Part shown: in pieces, positions 1 through 9,998 of the stretch
Layout of the letters: each line of letters opens with the position of its first letter
Numbering within the stretch: the stretch's first letter is position 1
DNA from: a virus
Lineage: Duplodnaviria; Caudoviricetes
DNA: 50,890 nucleotides
Strand: one strand, 5' to 3'
IMG/VR virus record: IMGVR_UViG_3300037584_001746
Coordinates: 1 to 50,890 of that record
Made by a program: the position numbers and the translations under genes
Notes under the pieces: model-generated
The model's database searches: none
Told to the model about the DNA's origin: nothing
What the model saw: only the letters and a program-made list of their open reading frames with translations

Positions 1-2
1 CT

Positions 3-98
3 CTGAGTGCAACAGGCACTTACTTTGTGACATATTATGTAACTGCGGCTAGCGGGAATAATACAATTCTCATCGGTGCTACGGCTATCTTAACTTAG
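3..98 (+). CDS. 3' end of a truncated upstream gene, probably tail-fibre-associated
   Basis: Open frame from the window edge, LSATGTYFVTYYVTAASGNNTILIGATAILT*, TAG at 96-98 just before the fibre gene. Confidence 0.6.
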   Translation: MSATGTYFVTYYVTAASGNNTILIGATAILT

Positions 99-107
99 GG
101 TTTAATT

Positions 108-3100
108 ATGAGCATAATTCAAGCAGCAGGTTCGGGTGAAGTAAGCACAGGCTTTTACAAGCTACTACTTGACCAGTCGTTAAAGTTCGATGATGGCAAG
201 AATACTTATTTAACCAGAACCCCTGCGTCTGCTGGCAATAGAAAAACATTTACATACAGCAGTTGGGTAAAGCGGGGAAAAATAAGTGCAGATAATCCTA
301 CTTGGGGTATAACGGCTGGCACATTAAATAACAGTTCTAATGTCAGAACAGAAATGCGGTTTAGTTCTACCGATACAGTTGGTATTGGCTTTAATACTGG
401 CAGTTGGTATGAGAGTTATACTAACGCTAAGTTTCGAGATACATCTGCGTGGTATCATTTTGTTGTAGCTGTTGACATGACGCAAAGCACTGCGTCTGAT
501 AGACTTAAATTCTATGTAAACGGCGAATTGCAAACTTTTAGTTCTTATTCGGTTCCGAACCAAAATACAGACCTACCTATTAACACTACTTTGCAACACG
601 CAATTGGTGAATATGTTGCAGGAGAAAGTTCTGCTTCATATCAGTTTGATGGCTACTTAGCTGAGATTAACTTCATTGATGGTACAGCCCTGACAGCCGA
701 CAGCTTTGGCGAGACTAAGAACGGCATCTGGATACCAAAAGATACTAGCGGCTTAACCTTTGGAACCAATGGTTTTCACCTGACTTTCAAGGATGATGTT
801 GTTTCTGAGGGTTTTAATGCTGTGACCTACAGGGGAAACAATGGAAGTGGGACAACAGGTCAAAGCATATCCGGTCTGGGTTTTGAGCCAGCTCTCATAT
901 GGATCGGCAATCGAACAAACGCATCCACCAACTTTGTTATGTTTGATTATGCTAGAGGCAATCAAGAATGGTTGGAAACATCTTCAACTGATGCGGGTCA
1001 AGATAGCGGAACTTATGGTGTGCAGACCCACGATGCTGATGGTTGGACGATGGGCGGTGGCAGTGATGTTAACGCAAATGGTGAACCGCATGTTGCATGG
1101 TGTTGGGAGGCTGGTGGAGAACCAACAGCTACTAACAGTGCTGGTGCAGGGGCAACCCCAACCGCAGGGTCAGTTAAAATAGATGGCAGCAATCTTGGGT
1201 CAGCATTGGCTGGTACAATACCAGCAACTAGGCTGTCGGCAAATACATCCAAAGGTTTTAGTGTGCTTACTTACACAGGCACAGGTTCTGTAGGAACTGT
1301 TGCACATGGTTTAGGTGCGACACCAAAATGGATGCTGATTAAAAACAGAGACACTGCAACTTGGTTTACTGTTTATCATACTTCGCTTGGTGCAACTAAA
1401 TATATTAGATTAAATTCTAATGTAGGTGAACAGACTAATTCTAATGTTTTTAATAATACAGAGCCAACATCAACTGTTTTTACAGTAGCAACAGTTAATG
1501 ATGTAAATGCTAGTGGAGACGATTATGTGGCATATGTTTGGTCAGAAGTATCTGGCTATTCTAAATTTGGCAGCTTCACAGGAAATGGTGGTTCACAAGC
1601 CATTGATGTAGGGTTTGAGCCAGCTTTTGTTTTGCTAAAACGAACTAACTCTAGTTCTTGGGGGCTTTTTGATAACACTCGCCAGCCAGCCAATACTGGA
1701 CTGCAATCTGTTTCTCCAAATATTGCTAATGGCACAGAAACTACCAACGCAAACATGGTGTTCAGCGGTAACACCTTTAACGATAATGGTTACTATTCAG
1801 ATAGTGGTCAGACCATTTTATATATGGCTTTTGCCGATACACGGGACGCTGCGTTTTTTAAAGATGTTTCAAGCAACGGCAATCACTTTACACCAGTTAA
1901 TTTAGATTATCGGGATAGTGTTCCTGATACGCCTACCAATAACTTTTGTACTTTTAATCAAGCCGCAATTGATAGCTCAGTTGGAGTAACACTTTCAGAG
2001 GGCAATTTAGGTGTCAACCCTGATTCTTCTGGTGGGTTTGAGGGTGCTGTAGCATCTTTCACACTACCAAGAACAGGTAAATGGTATTGGGAATATCGCA
2101 CTGGTCAAGGTGGGAGTAGTATATACGGCAGACCTTCAATTATTACAGTAGACGAATACATGACCCAAACTAGCAATTCTGGTGAAGTTACAGGCGGCAG
2201 TGTAGCTTCAAATCCCAATGGGGTTTTGTTTACTGCAAACGATGGTGGTAAACGCACAAATAATAATGACAGCTCTCATGGAAGTGCAGTATCAGCAGGG
2301 GACATTATCGGCAATGCGTATAATGCAGACACAGGACAATGGTTTATATATATAAACAATAGTATTCAAGCGTCAGGCGCAGCAATTAGTGAAAGCATAA
2401 AAGGAAATCTTGCTGGAAAAGATGTTTATATTCTGCATGAAAGATACAACGGCAATGGCGTTGATATGTATAACTTTGGGCAAGATAGTTCATTCTCAGG
2501 CGCAAAAATTCCGCAAGGCAATGGGGCTGATGGAGAGGATTTTTTCTATGCCCCACCAACAGGGTTCAAGTCATTACAGCTTTCTAATTTACCCACGCCA
2601 GCGATAGCAGACCCAACAGCTCATTTTGATATAGTTACATACACTGGCACAGGGTCAACAAACTCTATAGGTGGCTTGTCATTTCAACCAGATTGGGTCT
2701 GGGGCAAGAGGAGAGACACTACTGGAAACCATTGGTTGAATGATGCAGTGAGGGGAGCCACTAAAGGTCTACATAGTGACTCAACAAATAATCAGTACAC
2801 TGATGCGACCGTCATGAATGCTTTTACCTCTGATGGTTTTACTGTGGTTTCTCACGCAATCTCAAACGCAAGCAGTGGAACTTATGTCGCATGGAATTGG
2901 AAAGCTGGCAGCACGACACCATCACAAACCTACACAGTTAAGGTCGTTTCAGATAGCGGTAACAAATACAGATTTGATGATTTCGGCACAAGCGCAGTAA
3001 CATTAGATTTGCAAGAGGGCGGCACATATACGTTTGACCAATCAGACAGTTCCAACAGTGGGCATCCATTCAGGTTTAGCACCACAAGTGATGGAACGCA

Positions 3101-3953
3101 TGGTAGCGGCTCAGAATACACAACAGGGGTCACAACCAATGGAACCGCAGGGCAAGCAGGGGCGTACACAAGGATAACAGTCGCATCTGGTGCGCCAACC
3201 CTTTATTATTATTGCGCTGTACACAGTGGCATGGGCGGACAGGCAAACACCAATTCGACCTTTGGCTCAACCAATCTTAAAGGGACAATACAATCAACCG
3301 TATCAGCCAACACATCGGCTGGGGTTTCGATTATTTCTTACACTGGGACAGGGTCTGCCGCAACGATAGGGCATCAGTTAAACTCTGCCCCGTCTATGGT
3401 AATTATAAAAAACAGGGACGCTACTGATGCGTGGCGTATATATCACGCTTCTGTAAGCACAAGTAATAACAAATATTTAGTTTTTGGAACTAATGCACTT
3501 ATCTCAGGGGGTTCCGATAAATGGAATGGACAGCCCACAAGTACAGTGTTTGGTGTTGCTGGTGACGGAAGTGTAAATCGTAGCAATGAAAAGTATATTA
3601 TGTATGCGTTTCACTCAGTTGAATCATTTTCTAAGGTCGGCTCATACGTTGGAAATGGAAATGCAAATGGGCCGTTTGTACCGCTAAATTTTCGTGCCTC
3701 TTGGATTATGATTAAGAACACCACTGGCACAGGTGGGTGGGAAATGCACGATAATAAAAGAATTGGTTTTAATCCCGCTGATGAGAGTTTAGATGCAAAC
3801 ACCTCGGCGGCAGAAGCAACAGGTAATGATTTGGATATTTTATCTAATGGATTTAAAATCAGAAATACTTATGGAACATCAAACACCAATGGCAGCACTT
3901 ATGTCTACCTCGCCTTTGCCGAATCCCCATTTAAGACAACATCAGCTAGATAG
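108..3953 (+). CDS. Large tail fibre/receptor-binding protein (LamG/ConA-like, SPRY-like and cupredoxin-like domains)
   Basis: 1281 aa, G/S/T/N-rich; TYSSWVKR...WYHFVVAVD...FDGYLAEINFIDG; GKWYWEY; repeated YTGTG/AWxWxAG units; HPF...YYCAVHSGM insert. Confidence 0.85.
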   Translation: MSIIQAAGSGEVSTGFYKLLLDQSLKFDDGKNTYLTRTPASAGNRKTFTYSSWVKRGKISADNPTWGITAGTLNNSSNVRTEMRFSSTDTVGIGFNTGSWYESYTNAKFRDTSAWYHFVVAVDMTQSTASDRLKFYVNGELQTFSSYSVPNQNTDLPINTTLQHAIGEYVAGESSASYQFDGYLAEINFIDGTALTADSFGETKNGIWIPKDTSGLTFGTNGFHLTFKDDVVSEGFNAVTYRGNNGSGTTGQSISGLGFEPALIWIGNRTNASTNFVMFDYARGNQEWLETSSTDAGQDSGTYGVQTHDADGWTMGGGSDVNANGEPHVAWCWEAGGEPTATNSAGAGATPTAGSVKIDGSNLGSALAGTIPATRLSANTSKGFSVLTYTGTGSVGTVAHGLGATPKWMLIKNRDTATWFTVYHTSLGATKYIRLNSNVGEQTNSNVFNNTEPTSTVFTVATVNDVNASGDDYVAYVWSEVSGYSKFGSFTGNGGSQAIDVGFEPAFVLLKRTNSSSWGLFDNTRQPANTGLQSVSPNIANGTETTNANMVFSGNTFNDNGYYSDSGQTILYMAFADTRDAAFFKDVSSNGNHFTPVNLDYRDSVPDTPTNNFCTFNQAAIDSSVGVTLSEGNLGVNPDSSGGFEGAVASFTLPRTGKWYWEYRTGQGGSSIYGRPSIITVDEYMTQTSNSGEVTGGSVASNPNGVLFTANDGGKRTNNNDSSHGSAVSAGDIIGNAYNADTGQWFIYINNSIQASGAAISESIKGNLAGKDVYILHERYNGNGVDMYNFGQDSSFSGAKIPQGNGADGEDFFYAPPTGFKSLQLSNLPTPAIADPTAHFDIVTYTGTGSTNSIGGLSFQPDWVWGKRRDTTGNHWLNDAVRGATKGLHSDSTNNQYTDATVMNAFTSDGFTVVSHAISNASSGTYVAWNWKAGSTTPSQTYTVKVVSDSGNKYRFDDFGTSAVTLDLQEGGTYTFDQSDSSNSGHPFRFSTTSDGTHGSGSEYTTGVTTNGTAGQAGAYTRITVASGAPTLYYYCAVHSGMGGQANTNSTFGSTNLKGTIQSTVSANTSAGVSIISYTGTGSAATIGHQLNSAPSMVIIKNRDATDAWRIYHASVSTSNNKYLVFGTNALISGGSDKWNGQPTSTVFGVAGDGSVNRSNEKYIMYAFHSVESFSKVGSYVGNGNANGPFVPLNFRASWIMIKNTTGTGGWEMHDNKRIGFNPADESLDANTSAAEATGNDLDILSNGFKIRNTYGTSNTNGSTYVYLAFAESPFKTTSAR

Positions 3954-3962
3954 GAGGCCAAA

Positions 3963-4517
3963 ATGCCTTGGACATATAATGGTAAAATAATCAGGGCTGG
4001 TCAGTCGTTTACTGATAGTAATAGTGTCGCCCATCCATCAAACTGGTTTACAGCTTGGTCAGATGATTACAAAAAATCTGTTGGCATGGTGTGGCAAGCA
4101 GAGCCAGAATCTTTTGACTCAAGGTTTTATTGGGATGTTGATACGCCAAAAAAACTTGATGATGTAGCAGAGGTAGATAGTGATGGGGAAAAGGTTTTAG
4201 ACGAAAAAGGCAGCCAGATAATTACGCTTGGCCTAAAAAGCGTTTGGAAAAATACCATTAAAGCGCAAGCCAAAGGTTTGTTAGAGCCAACTGATTGGAT
4301 GGTAATACGTTTGCAAGAGGATAGTAGTAAAGCCCTAGCGTCTAAATACTCAACCTATAGGGCGGCGGTTAGAACAGCCAGCGCGACAATAGAAGGCAAA
4401 ATAGATGGGGCTGGAGATCTGACAGCTTTTATGGCATTATTCAATACACCAACAGATAGCGATGGCAAAGTGACAGGCAAAGCCCCAATATCTGATTGGC
4501 CTGATGAGGTGGAGTAA
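3963..4517 (+). CDS. Tail fibre assembly chaperone-like protein
   Basis: LLEPTDWMVIR...YRAAVR...WP motif; follows fibre; AGGAGG RBS. Confidence 0.7.
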   Translation: MPWTYNGKIIRAGQSFTDSNSVAHPSNWFTAWSDDYKKSVGMVWQAEPESFDSRFYWDVDTPKKLDDVAEVDSDGEKVLDEKGSQIITLGLKSVWKNTIKAQAKGLLEPTDWMVIRLQEDSSKALASKYSTYRAAVRTASATIEGKIDGAGDLTAFMALFNTPTDSDGKVTGKAPISDWPDEVE

Positions 4518-4518
4518 T

Positions 4519-5547
4519 ATGGCACTATCTGTAATCAAAGGCGGCGGCGTACATAATTTTTTAATAAATCCAGATATGCAAGTTGCACAGCGCGGCACTT
4601 CTATTGCAATGGCGCATGATGGCACTACTTCAAGTTATTTAATTGATAGATTTCAGTTCTCTATGGGTGGGGTTCATGAACAGCTTGATGGAACTTATGC
4701 ACAGGTTGATGAACACCCCTTAAACAATGGAAAGTCCTTAAAATGGACAACTGGCACAGCAGAAAGCTCATATGATGCAGATGAGTACTTTTATCTTACG
4801 CAAAAAATTGAAGCAAAAAACCTACAACAGCTTCAATGGGGACTATCTAATGCTAAATCAATCACACTTTCATTCTATGTTAAGTCATCTATAACTGGGA
4901 CATTTGCTGTTGGATTATACAAAGAGGATAATACTGCAAGAATTATTAACAAGACATATGTTATTTCCTCTGCAAATACTTGGGAAAAAAAGGCCATAAC
5001 ATTTCCCGCTGACACCGCTGGCGGGGGGGTTGCTAATGATACTGGCATTGGGGTGTATTTAAGTTGGCACTTAGCCGCTGGTTCAAATGCCACAGGTGGA
5101 GGGTCTAATGGTGATTGGAAAACGTACAGTGGTTTATCTGATTGGGCAGACGGACAGGGAACAAATGCTGTTGCAACGACTGCTAGTGCAACATGGCAAA
5201 TGGCGCAATGTCAGCTTGAAACAGGAGATTCAGCATCAGATTTTGAGCATGAAGACTTTGGAACTACGTTAGCCAAGTGTCAGCGGTATTTTATCAGGTC
5301 ATCTATTGATGGTGAACGTTTCCAAATATCAACACAATATAATTCAACCAACCATTGGGCAGCTTTTTATTTTCCTGTTAGCATGAGAGCCGCCCCTGCA
5401 CTTTCTAAGTGGTATTTCAGTACCTCTCCCAACACAACGCATATAGATAGAAGTGGTATTTCTTGGCAATGGACCTCTGCTACTACATTTGCACAAACAT
5501 ATATAAGTGACTCCAATTATCACGGTTGGCTAAACGCGGAGCTTTGA
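4519..5547 (+). CDS. Tail fibre/carbohydrate-binding virion protein (paralog A)
   Basis: NFLINPDMQVAQRG...ITLSFYVKS...QLETG...CQRYF...MRAAP; paralogous to 6879-7919; GGAG RBS before ATG 4519. Confidence 0.7.
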   Translation: MALSVIKGGGVHNFLINPDMQVAQRGTSIAMAHDGTTSSYLIDRFQFSMGGVHEQLDGTYAQVDEHPLNNGKSLKWTTGTAESSYDADEYFYLTQKIEAKNLQQLQWGLSNAKSITLSFYVKSSITGTFAVGLYKEDNTARIINKTYVISSANTWEKKAITFPADTAGGGVANDTGIGVYLSWHLAAGSNATGGGSNGDWKTYSGLSDWADGQGTNAVATTASATWQMAQCQLETGDSASDFEHEDFGTTLAKCQRYFIRSSIDGERFQISTQYNSTNHWAAFYFPVSMRAAPALSKWYFSTSPNTTHIDRSGISWQWTSATTFAQTYISDSNYHGWLNAEL

Positions 5548-5549
5548 AA

Positions 5550-5741
5550 ATGGAAATAGTTAATGCACAGTACAAAAAAAGATTAAATATTGACGGAACG
5601 CCAACGGGAGATAATTCGGTTGTGCAAGCCACCGTTGACGGTGAAGAAATGACCATCCCGATTGACCCAAACAACACACACTACGCAGAAATATTACGCC
5701 AAGTAGCGGCTGGCACACTTACAATAAAGGATGCTGATTGA
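5550..5741 (+). CDS. Small fibre-associated protein (paralog of 7922-8128)
   Basis: IPIDPNNTHYAEI...AGTLTIKDAD. Confidence 0.7.
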   Translation: MEIVNAQYKKRLNIDGTPTGDNSVVQATVDGEEMTIPIDPNNTHYAEILRQVAAGTLTIKDAD

Positions 5742-6607
5742 TGCCGTATTTAGGAAGAGGCTCACAAAAGGCTATCAGGCAAAGGTTTATATTTACCCAA
5801 TCCAGTGCAGGGGCAACCTCTATATCTGGCGCGGATGATAGCAATGCCACATTAAGGTTTGATGATGGTGAATATGTGGATGTTATTTTGAATGGTATCA
5901 CGCTTGCCAAAACAGAATACAACACCCTAACAGCTAATACAATCAGCGGTCTAGCCGCCCTTTCGTCTGGCGATGTTTTGCAAGTCACTGTTTACGATAT
6001 GTTTAATGTAGCTGATTCAGTTAGGGCATCAACAGGTGGTACATTTACTGGCGGCATCACAGTGAATGGTGCTGTCACAGCCTCTAGTACGCTTTCCGTT
6101 ACTGGCGCATTAACAGCCACCGCTGGTGCATCTTCAAACGCTATAAGTTTGCAATCTGCTAATTTCAAAATGACTGATTTAACAACTAATGCGTTTTATC
6201 GAACTGGAACTTTTACCCCTACCTTTAACCCTTTCACAGTCGGAAATGGCTCAGTGTTTGGAAATTATATTCGTATAGGCGATTTAGTTCACTACAATTT
6301 TGGGTTTGCATTTGGCAGTTCATCTAGCATTGGTGGTGACATATATAATATTTCTGGATTGCCGTTTGCTATAGGTGAAAATATTAGTGGCAGTACAGAT
6401 TCTTATGTTCCTTTCCCTTTTATTTGTTGGGATAACGGAGCGCAATGGCGGCAAGGCATCGGTCAAGGGTTAGAAGGAGCTACATATATTGTATACCCAT
6501 CAATCACGGCTGTAGCAAACAGCTATATAAGTGCATCAAATCCGTTTACATGGGCAACTGGTGATAGCTTGACATTTACTGGAACCTACACCACCAGTGA
6601 TGCATAA
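5741..6607 (+). CDS. Tail fibre-like structural protein
   Basis: MPYLG start shared with 47669-48301; GTFTPT...GNYIRIGDLV...GLPF tip motif. Confidence 0.7.
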   Translation: MPYLGRGSQKAIRQRFIFTQSSAGATSISGADDSNATLRFDDGEYVDVILNGITLAKTEYNTLTANTISGLAALSSGDVLQVTVYDMFNVADSVRASTGGTFTGGITVNGAVTASSTLSVTGALTATAGASSNAISLQSANFKMTDLTTNAFYRTGTFTPTFNPFTVGNGSVFGNYIRIGDLVHYNFGFAFGSSSSIGGDIYNISGLPFAIGENISGSTDSYVPFPFICWDNGAQWRQGIGQGLEGATYIVYPSITAVANSYISASNPFTWATGDSLTFTGTYTTSDA

Positions 6608-6621
6608 CTTAGAGGTTTGAT

Positions 6622-6879
6622 ATGGCAAATTATAAAAACATAGAAGTGCGGTCGCCAAAGGGACTTTTAGGTGGCAATGGCGCAGACTTAGAGCTTGATA
6701 TAACAAAAACAAGTGAGGCAATTCTTTCAGCTTCAGATTGGACACAGATACCAAATAGCGGATTGACTGATGATTGTGTTACAGCTTTTAACACATATCG
6801 TGCGAGCATACGCACCATCCGCAAAACTGATCCAGCCAATCCAACTTGGCCTGATGCACCTACAGAGGAGTGGAGCTAA
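6622..6879 (+). CDS. Tail fibre assembly chaperone
   Basis: LSASDWTQIP...YRASIR...WPDAP. Confidence 0.7.
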   Translation: MANYKNIEVRSPKGLLGGNGADLELDITKTSEAILSASDWTQIPNSGLTDDCVTAFNTYRASIRTIRKTDPANPTWPDAPTEEWS

Positions 6880-7919
6880 TGGGCATCACAAGAGACATGG
6901 CAGACATGCGCGGCAAAGGCGGCGGCGCAAAAAATCTCATAATTAATGGGTCGATGGTTGTCTCGCAAAGAGCCACCTCGTCTACAGGTATTACAACGGC
7001 TGGTTATTACACAGTAGATAGACAACAAACAGAAATTAACAATGCTGGTACATGGACAATGACACAATCAGATGATGTTCCTGATGGTGAAGGGTTTGCT
7101 AAAAGTTTTAAGTATGACTGCACTACAGCGGACACTTCTTTAGGAACAAGTCATTATTTTATTCACAGATATAGTATTGAAGGACAAGACTTACAGGAGT
7201 TAATGTACGGAACTTCATTTGCAAAACCAGTAACAATATCGTTTTTTGTAAAATCCAACAAAACTGGAACATACGTTTGTGAACTTCAGCAATTAGCAAC
7301 GGATGGCAGTTACCCTAGAAGTGGGAAAGCATTTACAATTAATTCAGCTGACACTTGGGAAAAGAAAATAATCACAATAAATGGTAATACCGCAAAGCTT
7401 ATCCCAGATTCTAATGCTCGTGGTATGGATATTATGATTTGGATGGCGGCTGGAACTGATTTTACAAGTGGTACATTCAATGCGGGTAATTCTTGGACTA
7501 CAACAGCTAATGAAAGGGCTGGTGCGCTAACAGTTAATATAGCAGATAATACCGCTAATGAAATTTTATTTACGGGACTTCAAATGGAAATCGGAACTTC
7601 AGCTTCTTCATTTCAGCACGAGGACTTCGGAACTACGTTAGAGAAATGCAAAAGGTACTGCTATGTTGCACCTCAACATCTTGGTTATACTACTGGGACT
7701 AACAGTGCAACGCTTGCGCCAAGCGGCACAATACAATTTTCTCCCAATATGAGAGCAGCCCCAACTTGCACAGGAACGTACACTCCGCAAAGTGGAAGTG
7801 CAGGGACATTTGCTGTAGCAAGTGTAAACTATAGTTATGTTCACGTTTATAACAGTTCGTCTAATTGGAATGTTGTCGCTATTGTTGTAAGTGATTTTAA
7901 AGCGGATGCGGAGATTTAA
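6879..7919 (+). CDS. Tail fibre/carbohydrate-binding virion protein (paralog B)
   Basis: KNLIINGSMVVSQR...VTISFFVKS...QMEIG...CKRYC...MRAAP. Confidence 0.7.
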   Translation: MGITRDMADMRGKGGGAKNLIINGSMVVSQRATSSTGITTAGYYTVDRQQTEINNAGTWTMTQSDDVPDGEGFAKSFKYDCTTADTSLGTSHYFIHRYSIEGQDLQELMYGTSFAKPVTISFFVKSNKTGTYVCELQQLATDGSYPRSGKAFTINSADTWEKKIITINGNTAKLIPDSNARGMDIMIWMAAGTDFTSGTFNAGNSWTTTANERAGALTVNIADNTANEILFTGLQMEIGTSASSFQHEDFGTTLEKCKRYCYVAPQHLGYTTGTNSATLAPSGTIQFSPNMRAAPTCTGTYTPQSGSAGTFAVASVNYSYVHVYNSSSNWNVVAIVVSDFKADAEI

Positions 7920-7921
7920 AA

Positions 7922-8128
7922 ATGGATATTAGTAACGCAAAATATTTTCAAGGAATTAACATTGATAAAGATAGTGGTGCTGTATCTGCTGACGGAGTTA
8001 ATCAAGGAGTTGTAGCTACCATTGATGGCGTGACCATGCACGTTCCGCTAGACCCATCTAACACACACTATGCCGAAATCCAGAAGCAAATAGCGGCTGG
8101 CGAATTAACCATTGCAGATGCGGATTAG
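7922..8128 (+). CDS. Small fibre-associated protein (paralog of 5550-5741)
   Basis: VPLDPSNTHYAEI...AGELTIADAD. Confidence 0.7.
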   Translation: MDISNAKYFQGINIDKDSGAVSADGVNQGVVATIDGVTMHVPLDPSNTHYAEIQKQIAAGELTIADAD

Positions 8129-8137
8129 GAGATTGAC

Positions 8138-8809
8138 ATGAGTGGCTTAACGATTACAACCGCCCCAGCTAATGAGCCGCTTGACGCCGCTGAAACCATA
8201 TCATATTTACGGCTGGATTCTGGTGTGGACACCACGCTGGTAGATAATCTTATTAAAGCGGCAAGGTTCTGGTGTGAGGATTACATCAATAGAACGCTTC
8301 TTACCACAACATTTACACTATCGCTTGATGCTATTGGTGAGGTTGATGTGCCTTTGAAAGAAGGTTTCCACACAGGATACTTTGAGACGCCAAGGGTAAA
8401 TTATATTGAGTTACCACGATCCCCAGTGCAGTCAGTAACCAGCATCAAATCTTTTGCAGATGACAACACTGCAACGACACTTGCTACATCAAATTATTTT
8501 GTTGATACGGTAAGAGAACCAGCGCGGGTTGTTTTAAGAGACGGCGGCACATGGCCTACTGATTTAAGGAATGCGAATGGCATTGAGGTTTTGTATATCG
8601 CGGGGTATGGCGATTCAAGATCGACAATTCCAGAGCCTATTCGTGTGGCAATGTTGGAATATGTATCATTTTTATATGAACACAGGGGCGATGATGAGGG
8701 CAGAGCGTTGAACCCGCCAATGATGATACAGTCATTGTTACAGCCATATGTGATTATGCGATATGGTGTTTCGCCGTATAATGGAGGAATGGCTGTTGGC
8801 TATAGGTAA
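8138..8809 (+). CDS. Head-tail connector (gp6/phiE125 gp8-like)
   Basis: PANEPL...YLRLD...IELPRSPVQSV...YIAGYG...IPEPIR...YEHRG. Confidence 0.85.
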   Translation: MSGLTITTAPANEPLDAAETISYLRLDSGVDTTLVDNLIKAARFWCEDYINRTLLTTTFTLSLDAIGEVDVPLKEGFHTGYFETPRVNYIELPRSPVQSVTSIKSFADDNTATTLATSNYFVDTVREPARVVLRDGGTWPTDLRNANGIEVLYIAGYGDSRSTIPEPIRVAMLEYVSFLYEHRGDDEGRALNPPMMIQSLLQPYVIMRYGVSPYNGGMAVGYR

Positions 8810-9143
8810 GATGCAACATTCTTTAGCTTTGCAAAGCAAGGCAGCAAACGCAGATGGGGGCGGCGGCTCATCTGGTGCGTTCTCCACCTTTGCAACCACA
8901 TTTGGTCGTATCGAGGCGCAAGGCGGGGGTGAAAGGTTTTTTGGTGATCAGAATGAAGCCAGAACCACGCATAAGATAACAATTAGGCACAGACGTAACC
9001 TTACTGTCGCACACAGAATTTTGTATAGCTTCACGGTTGATGGCACAACTTACAACCGCACATTCAATATCAACAGAATTACCAATGTTGGAGAGCGTGA
9101 CAAATACCTTGAAATTTTGTGTGAGGAAGGCGTTGCAACCTAA
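8796..9143 (+). CDS. Head closure/head-tail adaptor (SPP1 gp16-like)
   Basis: IGKM...DGGGG...THKITIR...LEILCEEG; TTG start with GGAGG RBS. Confidence 0.8.
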   Translation: MAIGKMQHSLALQSKAANADGGGGSSGAFSTFATTFGRIEAQGGGERFFGDQNEARTTHKITIRHRRNLTVAHRILYSFTVDGTTYNRTFNINRITNVGERDKYLEILCEEGVAT

Positions 9144-9574
9144 TGGCTAGTATAAGAAGCAGAATTATACGAAAGCCCCGTCAGCAAGCCGTTATGAGCG
9201 ATTACGAGGGGGATATAAAGGCATTAATAGGAAGGGCGGCTAATCTGGTGCGAAATACAGCCGTTCAATCTATAAATCAGGGTTCTAAATCTGGTGTTAC
9301 TTATGAGAAATATAATCCGCGCAGAACACATAAGTCATCAAGTGCGGGGCAACCGCCAGCAACAGACACAGGGTTTCTTGTTCAAAATATTATCATTGTG
9401 ATGGATATTGCGGATAAGGGGTTATCTGCAAACGTAGAAAGCAGGGCAAATTATTCAACATTTCTTGAGTTTGGCACACGGAATATGGGGGCTAGGCCGT
9501 TTATGCAACCAGCCCTAGAAGAAAATAGAGCTAAGATAAGAAGGTTAGCAAAACAGATTATAAGGGCTAAATAA
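9143..9574 (+). CDS. Neck/tail completion protein (HK97 gp10-like)
   Basis: PATDTG...YSTFLEFGTRNMGARPFMQPA. Confidence 0.85.
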   Translation: MASIRSRIIRKPRQQAVMSDYEGDIKALIGRAANLVRNTAVQSINQGSKSGVTYEKYNPRRTHKSSSAGQPPATDTGFLVQNIIIVMDIADKGLSANVESRANYSTFLEFGTRNMGARPFMQPALEENRAKIRRLAKQIIRAK

Positions 9575-9984
9575 TGTCGATCCATAGCTTTGAGCTTCAA
9601 AAATCAGTGTTTTCAGCGTTGAACGGCGGCAGTATTACAGATGCTTCTGGCTCTGCTATCACTGGTGTTTTTGATGATGTGCCAACAGATACAGCATATC
9701 CATACATCAGAATTGGTGAAGAAACCATTTCTGATAATTCAAGCAAAGATAAAGATATTTTTGAACATACGTTGACAATACATATCTGGTCGCAATATCG
9801 TGGCAATCGTGATATAAAAGATATTATGAAACAGGTGCATGATTTATTACATGATAGCTCATTATCTGTTTCGGGAGCTTCTATGGTGAATATGAGACAG
9901 GAGTTTCATACGACCCTAACAGAAGGTGATGGAATAACACGGCATGGGGTCATGCGATTTCGTGCTGTTGTGTCAGACAGTTAA
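9574..9984 (+). CDS. Tail terminator/completion protein (DUF3168-like)
   Basis: VFDDVP...YPYIRIGE...LTIHIWS...HGVMRFRA. Confidence 0.85.
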   Translation: MSIHSFELQKSVFSALNGGSITDASGSAITGVFDDVPTDTAYPYIRIGEETISDNSSKDKDIFEHTLTIHIWSQYRGNRDIKDIMKQVHDLLHDSSLSVSGASMVNMRQEFHTTLTEGDGITRHGVMRFRAVVSDS

Positions 9985-9998
9985 AAGGAGATTAAGAC

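Noticed and set aside
1944-2405. Diversity-generating retroelement (TR/VR pair) from the fibre repeat
   Set aside because: No reverse transcriptase seen; both copies are coding; mismatches are not confined to adenines
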